Source of the DNA: Klebsormidium nitens
Lineage: Eukaryota > Plantae > Klebsormidiophyceae
Assembly: GCA_000708835.1 (NCBI GenBank)
Contig: DF237007.1
Span: 124,001-188,000 of the forward strand
Reading direction: 5' to 3'
Length of the DNA: 64,000 nt
Shown: positions 1 through 11,200 of the stretch, in pieces
How the letters are laid out: each line of letters opens with the position of its first letter
How positions within the stretch are numbered: position 1 is the stretch's first letter
Position numbers and translations under genes: made by a program
Notes under the pieces: model-generated
What the model saw: only the letters and a program-made list of their open reading frames with translations
Told to the model about the DNA's origin: nothing
Databases searched by the model: none

Positions 1-135
1 TCAATTGCGGACCCTAGTCTTAGCTTTGATCAAGCGCTCACATACATGCGACTGCTCTCTCTGAGACAACACACTCTTCTTCTTGATTATGTACACTTGC
101 CGTTACAATTACAATGTACCTTCTTTCCTGTACCT

Positions 136-3100
136 CTACATGCGGAAGACACCGTAGCTTCCCGGTTCCGGTGGCCCGCAGTTCAGAGCTGCACTAAGAC
201 TCAATCCCAACACGGTGCGAGTATCGGCGGGGTTGATGATCCCATCGTCCCATAAGCGAGCGCTAGCGAAGAACGGGTTGCCTTCCTTTTCGTACCCCGC
301 TCGGATGCGCGCCTTAAAGGCCTCCTCTTCCTCCGCGCTCCACTGGAGGAAACAAGGACACGTGGCACTGAGAATGAGTCCTTTCGGGCGTGTTCGGGTT
401 TCTTTTGATGGTAAGCGAACGTGACGGTTGCTGGTGACGAGATTGCTGGTGGCGTCAGGATGCATAGATGAGGTGACGAACGCTCTACTTCACACTGTCC
501 GCAACCTCAAACGAATCGCGGTTCTTGGCAGGAAGGTTTCCTTCCTCAATGAATGTCACGACGAGGAAATCAAAGTGAAGTCTGCACGACAGACCATTAG
601 GCCACACTTGGAAGCAGTGCAAAGACCGGGACCTTGCACTTGCAGTCCGGCTGGAGACGCGAGTCAAAATATCTCTGTTGACTAAGGACCGCTCTCGGCG
701 AGACAAACAAAACTGAAATCTGAAGCAAAAGCTGACATGCTCCGCATCCGTACCCACCCTTACACTCAAACCAACCCTACCCGTCCCCCGGGCAATTTCG
801 TTGATCAACATGGCCCTTAATCAACATGAATTGGAGAACTATTGAACCAAACCGGCTCCAGCAGTCCCACAGCATTCAGCCGCCACGAAAAGCCACGCGG
901 AACAGGGCAAGCCTTCCCAAGACCTTCCTCGCTGAGAGTATCTGTCAGATACTGGACGACACTCAAAGAAACTTCAAATCAAGCAGTTCCCGGGGAGGAG
1001 CCGAGTGAGTCTTGAGTGTTTCCACCAACGGGCGCTGCTGATCGAAAGGCGAAGCGGTAATCCGGCCGTGGCTGCGCACCTGCTTCTTGTCCCGCGCCGC
1101 CTTCTCCTTCTCGACCTGCGCGAGCACGCCCGCGGCCTGGTCCCCGCCCATGACGCTGATGCGCGCGTTGGGCCACATGAACAAAAAGTGCGGGCTGTAG
1201 GCGCGGCCGCACATGCCGTAGTTGCCCGCGCCAAAACTGCCGCCGATGATCACCGTCACCTTCGGGACCTGCGGTTAGGAGATCGGTTAGCTTAACAGCA
1301 GGTAAAGGGAGAGAGTTGGTGGTGACGTGGGCGTGTGAGAAAGTGGGCAGGTAAGAAGTGGGGTCGTAGACCTTCTATCCTACTTGCCGATGTCCGCTTG
1401 TAAGATCGTATCGTCTCTCGCCCACTCAGTCAATTGGGAAGCGTCGGAACAATCGGGACGCAGAAACGGAGGCGTCCGTGATGTACTGGACCGGCCGGAA
1501 CGTCCGCTGTCCATTGGCGGGTATAGGTAAGCAGGGCCGGCAAAGGTTTCCGACGCGCCTTGCGCACCGGGTCAAATGCTTTGCACCACGTCAGATGCAT
1601 CTGAAGCACGTCATGCACACGTCAGCGGGCCCTTACCTGCGCGCACGCGACCGCCATGACCATCTTGGCACCCGCCTTCGCGATGCCGGACGCCTCAGCC
1701 TTGGTGCCGACCTGCGTGCAAGAGGAAACCGTTCCGTTTGCGTATCACTTTTGCAATTCCGTACTTAGACCCCTCTGTCTCTCGGCGCACTATCCGCAAG
1801 AAACCTGACGATCAATTTCTATCGGACGAAATTCAAATAACCCGTTGAGAACAGTTTCCTTAACGCGCGATGCATTACGCAACCGAATTCCTTGGGAAAA
1901 ACTCGCCAACGTAAATCTGGAGGGGACTCCGGGCAGATACATCGATGCCCAGAGTCCCGCACTGCCATGGCAGGTCCGAGAAAGATCGGAAAGTAAAGGG
2001 TACTGCCGCCGGAAAGAAGAAGAAGAAGCCTCGAAGAACGCTTTTCTCACCATGAAGCCGGTGATGTTCTGCAGGAAGACGAGGGGGATCCCCCTCTGGT
2101 TGCACAGCTGGATAAAGTGGGCGCCCTTGAGCGCCGATTCCGTGAACAGGATGCCGTTGTTGGCCACGATGCCCACCGGGTGACCGTGGATCCTCGCGAA
2201 GCCCGTCACCAAAGTCTGCATGCTGATGTCAAAGTTATTCGGCGGTTTCGCAGGGAGCCCTTGGTATATGAACGTTTGCTGACGTCATCAGATCGGTACC
2301 GGGTTTTAAATTTGTCGCCAACACTCCATGTTGAATACTACATTTTAGCCCCGATGTCCGCCGGGTGACCGTGGATGCGCGAAAAGCCCGTCACCAGAGT
2401 CTGCACGATGACGTCAGCGTGAGTCTAGGTCTGTGTACGCTGTTTTCCAATCTCAATGACGTCACGAATTTGGGGCGATAAATGCGCCAACTCCGTGAAA
2501 AGATTTGTTGTGACCACGATGCGAACGTGGATGCGCGCAAACCCCGTCACCAATGTCTGCACGCTGACATCAGCATTTATCCACGACTTGGTGCGTATCG
2601 CTTTTGAGGTACTGTTATCTGCCTTCCTTCCATCCAATGTCGTCGGCGTCCTCCAGACGCGGAACACAGTCTTCTGAGGGACTAAGGCAGACCATTTGGC
2701 TCCTCTGTTGTAACACAAATCGTTATTTTGTCAACGACCAGACCATGTGGCCCTTCTTTTCGTGACGCTTTTCGACTGGACGAACGGGTCAAGAACTTTG
2801 GCAGGAGCCCCAGTTTCGGCACAACAGGTTGCGGTGAGCGTCAGCCCTAACTGCCTCGCTCCACTTCGGGTTGGGCCAGCGGAAATTTCAAGCCGTCGGT
2901 GGTGGCGCTCGAGATATCGAACGGCTCATCTCCGTTCCGCACTCATCGAAATCTGGCAAGCCGAAAAGGTTCAACAGTCACCGACCGCAGTTACATGATT
3001 CTGAAGACGGACACTTCCACAACCGTCGCTTTCTTACCGGCCCGTACAGCTTCTTGAACTCGTCGAACTCGCTCCCGTCCACGACCCTCGCGATGACGTC

Positions 3101-6052
3101 ACGAACGTCATACGTCTGCCGCGCATCGGCAGGCACAATCCCCGCGATCTCTTCCGGACTGTACAGCGGCGGCGGCGCGTCGGAGGTAGGGGCGGCCGCG
3201 GGCGCGCCCCGGGATGCCACGTGGAGGTTGCCCACGATCCGACGGCCCAGGGCGAGCGCGTGGGTTTCGTCTGCAGGGGGGAGGGATTGGTTCCGAGATT
3301 CCGGGATGCTGGGCTTCAAAGTACGACCAAGTGGCTCGTGTGGAGACAGATGTTGAAGAGGCGATTAAGCGTCCTGACGGACGGAATGCATACCTGAGTT
3401 CTCTTTCTTTCCCTGTCTCAGAACAGCCGGATGTGATGGCGGGGCAGATTCAATTGATGACGTTCAGAATAGAGGTAGGTCGACACAGGCAGAGTGTAGA
3501 TCGCACACGGAGGCCGCAATTGCACATCAAAGACGAGCTCAAACTCTGGAACGAAGCTGGGAAACTTTGGATGCTCGAGAATCTCACTGCTCTTGCTAAA
3601 CGGTCATCCGTCTCGAACGTCCGCCACGACTTACCTGTCAACTGTCAGCTGGCTTTTGCACATTCCAAGGTCTGACGCAGATTTGAGCATTTCGTATCAC
3701 TTTGGACCTTCCGCTCACCGTTCTTGAAGATGTCCGTCACACCGTGCGTCTTGCTTCCCATTGGCGAAGTATTCAGACACTCGCTGAGTACTCATCTCTT
3801 TCAACCGTCGGCTGGCCTACATAACTGCCATTTGTAGTGCGCAGATGCGTTAGACGAAGTCATCGATTGATCGGACCGAGAAATTGATTGATCGGACATT
3901 GTGCTCACCGTTGGCGACTTGATCCGTCACACCGAACGTCTCAGGGCTAAGACGTCCACCAACTTTAACCGTTGGCAGGTCCCATTGTTTCTAGATTTCT
4001 CGAAGACCGGACAATCAACTGGAACGATTTCGGACGCTCACCGTTGGCAAAGTAGTCCGTCACGCCGGACGTCCGGCAGTGCAGCGCGGCGCCCCCGAGG
4101 TCCTCTGCGGACACGACCTCCCCCGTCGCCGCTTTCACGAGCGGCGGGCCCCCGAGAAAGATCGTCCCGTTGCCTTTTACGATCACCGCTTCGTCAGCCA
4201 TGGCGGGAACGTAAGCGCCACCCGCGGTGCAGCTCCCGAGCACGAGCGCGATTTGTGGGATGTTGTGTTTCGACATCTGCGCCTGGTTGTAGAAGATGCG
4301 GCCGAAGTGGTCGCGGTCGGGGAAGACGTCGGCTTGGCGCGGCAGGTTGGCGCCTGTGCGTGGGTGGTGCTAAAGTCACAACCAGCAAAGATGGGAACGT
4401 GGCCGCTTCGAGGGCGTCTGCCTCATGTGGCTCATAGTAACAGGCTCAACGAATCGTCCACCATCTTATCCCAACTTCAAAGTGATAAAGGATGCGGGTC
4501 CACCATGCTAGTCCAACTTTCAAGTGATGTATCAAATACGGATCACAGATTACGTAAGTGAGGGCGTGCTAGTCGGGCGGTTTGGGCCCCAATTGCTCTT
4601 TGTGTAGGAGGAGTACCATCTCATCACTTATTGACAAAAACATCGGCCCGATCGCTTCCTTCATGACCGACCAAAAATTTCCACTCAAAGACACGTCCAA
4701 GCCTCTCAGCCCCCCACCTCGACGAGCATGAGATTGCCACTCCTATCCTCCCTCCCCCTTTTTGCAAGCAAAGGCCACATTTGGGCCAGCGGTTCGACTC
4801 CGCAACTCACCTCCACTGTCAACCAGGTAAAGGCATGGCAGACGGCACATCTGCGCAATCTCCTGCGCTCGGAGGTGCTTTTTGACAGTGATGGGGTAGT
4901 AGGTCCCTCCCTTAACGGTGGCATCATTGGCGACCAGCATGCACAGCACGCCTCTGACGCGACCGATGCCTGTGACGATGCCCCCGGAGGGGACAGGCTC
5001 ATCGTATAGCTCATGGCCGGCCAACTGTTAGGGGAGACATGTGTATCGTCAGGTGGTGGGCAATGCAAATAGCATTTGACTAATAAATGCAGGCTGTCTG
5101 TCTGTCTGACGGTTGTTTTGTCAAGTCCCAGCTAAGTTTTTTTGGTTCGGGTGGTGAATGTAAGGCACAGCGGAGTTGGAGGTAGCCAAAGGTATCTACA
5201 TACGAAAACAAAATTGGGAGTGAAACACCTTCAACATTGCGTGCAGATATGACTTGGAAGCATTCCAACAGCGTCGCCCGCTTACTTGCAAAACTGCTTC
5301 AGTCTTCCAAAACGTCGACTGAGCTCATATAGTATTAGCCAATAAATCAGCTCCTAAGCTCTTGAAATATTTATCGTAGTCTTGAGAACAATGAACACTA
5401 ACTTCTGAGAGGACACTTGACAGTGCTTGCTGTTGTGAATGCAACTGAAACAGTTCAGCTGGAGGATCATCAGCCAGATGACTTTATGATTCTTTGACGT
5501 AAGACTTACCTGGCTCAACTCCATGAATGGACTTCCAGGGTCAAGCAACTTATCAATCCTCTCCCTCGCAAGAATCTTTCCCTTCTTTCTGTGTCGCTCT
5601 ACTGCCTTCGAACCCCCTCCCAGCTGGACCTTTCTGACTTCTTCCTCCAAAGTTGACACTAGCGCTTTCATGGCTGACGTGTTAGCGCTGAATTGCTCGG
5701 AGGTGGTGTCAACGGCACTGGTCAGAACAGAGAGCGACTCCTCTCCTTGAAGGCTGTACAGAATTGGTGCGCTATGAAACAGTCGTCTAGCGGATTGAAA
5801 CATGTGCGTTCCACCATTGGATTTGAAATGCGAACAGCTTGAATCATGCTTCAACTGAGGGTATTCTGCAGACACCTCCTTTTGGATATTATGTTGCCGC
5901 CCCAGAGGTGTTTCCCAGAATCTCCTAGTTAAAGCTTCTGTAGAATGATTTGAAGCATCTTCAGAGATAGCAGGAATGAGAGTCAGGCCACAGCCCTGCC
6001 GTGGCCGCCAACACCTCAGAGCTCCATAACCCCGCCGCAACAGCAAGTCCAT
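136..6052 (-). CDS. MCCB: 3-methylcrotonyl-CoA carboxylase beta (carboxyltransferase) subunit, mitochondrial; exons complement(join(136..342,1080..1268,1637..1711,2051..2215,3038..3270,4042..4353,4811..5024,5510..6052))
   Basis: The spliced translation has the carboxyl transferase motifs [96 protein letters not shown] and [10 protein letters not shown]. All seven introns are GT-AG and phase-consistent. The start codon (6052) is the least certain part. Confidence 0.95.
2165..2575 (-). repeat. Intronic decayed copies of an MCCB acceptor plus exon start
   Basis: tgcag|AC(T/A)(T/C)TGGTGACGGG... begins at 2215 (functional), 2400 and ~2556. Confidence 0.88.
3713..4080 (-). repeat. Intronic decayed copies of the MCCB exon 3' end with intact donor
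   Basis: gctcaccgtt-N10-tccgtcac-N-ccg occurs at 4037 (functional), 3903 and 3713, with a further partial copy at ~3760. Confidence 0.85.
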
Positions 6053-6766
6053 AGCTATTTGCAGGTACCACCAACCCTTGAGAAAATTGGAGGTGGACCT
6101 ATAGGAAGTTGGGAGGAAGCTGGAAGTATCATGCACTTGCAATGCCAATTGAAGCGGCCGGTAGGGTACCTGCACTTGCTAAAACCGTGCGGGATTCATG
6201 TGGACACGTCTTAGCTAATGCAGCAACAAGCTGACACAGAACTGTAGCTCATGACCCGCTTCAAAAGCCAAGGATAATGCGCCGCCTTCAACGACAAAGT
6301 CTCCCCCTCCAACTGGCCAATCAGCAAACTATCAAGCTATCACGGTCTCCTTGAGAATGCATGTGATTAGTGGCTCATCTCCGCCACCCCGCCATCCAAC
6401 CAGCTGTTGCAAACAGACTGTTACAGAGGAAGAAACACATTCCAATTTGCCAATTTTGCCAAGCCCTTCGGATAAAATTAGGGTTTGGGCAACGGCAAGC
6501 ACCTGATGTCTACAACGCGCCCACACGCGCGCGTACGCGCGCACACGACGTTCTGCTCCACTAGCCAAAGCTTCACAAAGTGCCTGCCGAGCCTTTTGCC
6601 AGTTTTGGAGGAGAAGATCTGTCTTTTTGCACTGGCAGAGTGATTGCGTCTCTTGCTTAGCATTCTAGGTACATTCCCACACTTTCCAGCATTGTTTGGG
6701 GCTGCATGCGGTGATTCGCAGCTCAATTGAACCTTGTATCCTGTCACTGCTCTACTGAAAGAAGAG

Positions 6767-7774
6767 ATGGCAGGGGACATAAGGAAGACAGGTGCAAGCT
6801 GGCAGTCCGACTTGCACGGGGCGGCTGCAAATGTCTTCCTCCAAGCAATTGCCATGTTCCTCTTCATCAGACTCTGGCCTTTCTGCAGTTTACTTCTGGG
6901 CACTTGCACTACCAGACAGAAGTCCTACTGGAACTTCTTTGGACTTGGTCTATCAGGCACTTGGCTCCTCCTTACTGCCGCATTTGAACGAACAAACATG
7001 TACAGTAGACATAGAAACAACTTTATTAGCACAGCCTACGCAATCCTAGCTGTATCAAATGCCGTCCAAGTCTGTATAAGCCCACAAACAGCCTGGCGGA
7101 ACAGTGTCCTCAAATGCATCCTCCCAGCCCTCGTAAACGCCCTCGCGCACCAGTCCTCAGGAATCGCTCTAGTTAGCCGCCTCGCCGGCCACTTTTTCCT
7201 TTTCTCCTTGGTAGTCCTTTCATTTGGGGGGTTGGCAGTGGCTCTGACCACCGTCCCTATTCTCATCAGCGCTCTTATCTCCGGGGGACTGCTGGCTGCA
7301 CACCGAACGTATTCTTTAGACCCGCAGTCTGGCGATCTGGAAGATCGCTCTGAAAAGGGCACTGCGACGATCGTTGCGCGCATGGAAAGTGCTGATTGGG
7401 TTGCGGGGCCAAGCAGTTCAAAAGGGGCTCTTGCGTTCCCAGATGTTGCCCCATTTGTGCCGGCTGATGGTGCACTTTCACCTTGGCCTCAGGAAACAAA
7501 TAGTCTTGCCGCCTCTCATTCTCAAGATTCTCAACGGGTTGGTCTAGAAACAAAGGCCGACAGTGAGATGTGGGTGCAGTCTTTGAAAGCAGGCCCGTCC
7601 ACCTTCAAAGGCGGTGCTGACGTCATTGCTGAGGGGGGCAGTGGTATAGGTTGGGCCAGTGGGGAAAGGGGAACCCCCCAGGAGGATCCCTGGAATGTTT
7701 CTGCGGCATTTGGAGGCTCGGGACTGGGCGGGAGGGCAAAACGGAGGAGGGGCAAGAAGCCCGTTGAAGAAAAG
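6767..7774 (+). CDS. Large exon encoding 5-6 hydrophobic (predicted TM) segments, a low-complexity linker and a basic KRRRGKK patch; probably exon 1 of the downstream DOG1-domain gene
   Basis: ORF 6734..7798 with ATG at 6767. Hydrophobic stretches include NVFLQAIAMFLFIRLWPFCSLLLG and HFFLFSLVVLSFGGLAVALTTVPILISALISGGLLAA. A phase-0 donor AAG|GTGAGG lies at 7774/7775, just before the in-frame stop. It is divergent from MCCB. Confidence 0.65.
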
Positions 7775-8275
7775 GTGAGGATGCGTGTTGACGTTTGACA
7801 TCGTACACTGGCATATCCCCTTCCTGGTCGACGTAAGTTTGTCGGCTGTCTATTTGAAGTTGCCCAGATTTCAATTTGACTGCCCCCTGGGTCAGTTTGA
7901 CGCTGCTATGTGACACCGCCTTTGCGAACGCGTGTATCCTTCGAATCTTAAGCTTCAGAGAGAGACTGCCCTAAAGCTAGGAGTGGAAGACACCATCGAC
8001 CTCAACAGCACAGAGGATCGGGCCAGAAATTTGCAATGTACCTGTAGTCAATTCTTTTTGATGACTGAAACTTTTTTTTGCAGTTTCGTCAAACCAAGTC
8101 TTTCTGTAGACTGGGCTCGTAGCACACGTGCAGAACATTGCTAGGAGAACCAGTGATTGGAATAAGATTGCAGCCGAATCTCGATCATCGCCGTTGCACA
8201 AGGACAATGCAGTCCAATTCCGACAATGTTCTGCATCCTCATAACTGGTATTTCTGTGGGGGGGTTGCTTTGCAG

Positions 8276-11200
8276 AGCCGGGAGCGGGCCCCTGCTGAGG
8301 TGGCAATTGTGATGGGGGCTGAGGTGTCCCGCTTAGTGTCAGTCTCCAAGGTGATGGAGATCGACGATGCGCAGGAGTTCATTGTGCGGGCGCAGATCAT
8401 CATGGGTGACACCGCCGTGCGCGCCTTACAAGGTGAGCGTGCCCTCGCAGGTGTCCACGTTACGTTCCCTCCCTTGTCCGTTCCCACTTCTATCATAGTC
8501 AAAAGAATGTCTTATGCATTAACAGATCAGTATGAGCGACACGGCCGTGTGAGGCTTGCAAGGCAAGCGCGTTTCCGCAGAATAACTTACTTGTTTCTTT
8601 TCTTGTCCCCTCTCCCTTCTACTTCGTCGAGAGTGCAGGCCGGCACAAAAGTTGTCGGTGCGAGCGCAGATTTCTATGAATGACACAGTCGCACGCGCAT
8701 CGCAAGGAGAGCCTTACTTTGCAGATAACCGTGTCTGGGGTAGCAAGTCCTGCTTGAGCAACATGTTTTCGGAATTAGACGTAAGCATCTCCAAGATCAG
8801 TGCGACAGTCGGGAAGCACAGTCCAAACGGTATCGTTATGTACTGCTTGCAACTAGAGCCCCTCCGAAAGACTTCCGTTGTGTTCCCTTGGAGGACTGAC
8901 TGTATGTCTTCACAGCGACAGGACAAACGACAGGGTCTGTAGAAGTCGAATGAACTGGATTCTTCCCGCTAGGGCCCCACAATGTTCGGAAACTTTAGCA
9001 TTTTCGATGTATCCTTCCTTGACCAGAACAAGCAACTGGGAAAAGGCGACCCTTGTGCTTTCTTGCTCATGACAGTCTTTGTCATTGGACAACTTAATAT
9101 CATCACTCCTCCGTTTGCATCCATTCTTTGGCAGGTACAGCGAAGTGCTTTTTAGTCGGTCACGAAAATTGTAGAGCGATTTCCGTGTATTCTGTCACGA
9201 AATCGCTGACGGCAAAATGATGTGCACGATTCGCGGCGCTGCCTTCCACAATCAGTAACGTCACAAACGCCGATCGAAACCCTCAACTCTGGATTAACTG
9301 GAGATTCACGGGTCGAGTTTCCGGGTTTTGCTGGTGATGTCACCGTTGCACCGAATAATTCTGACGGTGTGCACGTGAATGCTCCGCTTGCCAAACAAAA
9401 TTCGTGCCATCTTTCATGCAAACCCCTGTGGTAAGCGCTGACATTCCGACCCAACTCTCCCTGTTTCTGCAGAGAACGCGCGGTTTGACTCTCGCATCGC
9501 CAAGCCGATGCGATTCCCAGACGAAATGGCGCTCGAGGTCGCTGCGCGGATGTCCGGGTTCACCGACCCCTCCGGGTTCACCGACCCCTCCACAGCGTCC
9601 GAAGCGGAACGGACCCCGCTTCCCCAGGGGCCAATTCACACTCCCCCCAAGGGACCGATTCACACTCCCGCCCTGGAGGCGGCGACGACAAGCGGTGCGC
9701 AGGAGCTGGCACCGGAGGTTGCTTACAGAGGTATGTTGTTTCGCGCTCATAGTGAAAGGGTTTATGACAGTGAGTGGTTAGGATGTGAGCAGGCTTCGAC
9801 TACGGTCCAGGGTCCAAGAAAGCTCTCTAGCGTGGGTGAAAAGGTTATACAATGAATGGTTAGGATTGGTTATGAATTATTACGGTCCAGGTTCCAGAAG
9901 AGTTGGCCGATCGATTTGAGTTTGTTCGCGTGTGTTTGGGTCTGATTCTGGGATGATAACAATTAGCGCTTGCTGAACCTTAGGGATTGCACAAATTCCG
10001 GGCTCTTCTCTCGTACTTACACATAACTATCTGTAAAGCACACTCCGGCACATTCCTGCTCTTCTCTCGTACTTACACATAACAATCCGTAAAGCACACT
10101 CCGGCACATTCCTTCAATCAAACCATCATTCGGTGAAAACTCGACCAGCCACCAGAAACCAGCACCACGTATCGAATCCTCCAAAAACAAAATCCAGCTT
10201 GACACCATCAAGTAAACGTCCAACTTTGCAGTTGGGGAGCCCGTTCCCACCAGCCTGTACCAGCGGGCGGAGCGGTGTGTGAATCGGCTCGGGTACGAGT
10301 GGGCGGCGCTGAAATGGGAGGAGAGCCAGGTGGAGGTGCGCGCGCTGGGGACGCTCAAGGAGGCCGTGCTCGGGCGGCGCGCCGAGGATGACGTCATGCG
10401 GGCGGTAAACCTCGTCAGGTGAGCCATGCTACGAGAATAAGGGTCTTTAATCTAGTACTTTTGAGAGTTGTATCATTTGGACCTCATAGTGACAGTCTTC
10501 AGTTGCACTACGCGGGTTTGAAAGTTGCGAGGCAAATCGACAGGGTCTCACCAATGCGTGCTAACAGACCCTGTTCGCTTCGGTTCGTGGGGCTTTCTGG
10601 AGCGGCACTTGTCGTCGGTTCCTTATCGCATGAACCCGCAATGTTCTGAATCTTCCTCTTTCAATCCTGTGCGGACAAACGTGTGAAGCGGACTCGCCGT
10701 ACTAGCAAGCTCTTGGTTACGGGCAGATTGGCACTTCCACAGCCTCCGATTGCCTCGTTTGATTACTCCCAGTGATTCGTTTGATTTATTAATCGCCTGG
10801 CTCGCCTCTGCAATGCGGGTCCTGCCGCCTTGAACCCTGGCGCTCTAGTGGCGGGGGTAACATGTGGATTTCCGTGACCGTGTCTTCCAACCTGTTGCTA
10901 ACCCGTTCCCTTGAACCTCCTTGATTCTGTTCTCAATCCGTGTTCAATTTGCAGGGACGCGCATCCCGGCGTCGCTCTGCTAACCACCACCTCGTCCCCC
11001 CTCGAACCGCAAAGGCTAGCACGCCCTCGAGAATCGGCGCTTACATCTGCAATTCCTTCAGTTCGTTTACTTTACCCGAACTGCCTCGTTAAGGAACCTG
11101 TCTCCTTAAACCCATATCTCTCGAACCCTTCCAAATTCTAGGGACGCTCCCTCGGTCTCGCCATGCTGGCCCATCGGCTCCTCCCGCCTCAAACCGTGGC

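Noticed and set aside
6523-6545. 16-bp palindrome gcgcgcgtacgcgcgc in the divergent MCCB promoter
   Set aside because: CG-dinucleotide runs are abundant throughout this genome, so it is expected by chance.
9553-9672. GFTDPS x2 and GPIHTP x2 coding repeats
   Set aside because: Ordinary slippage duplications in a disordered linker.
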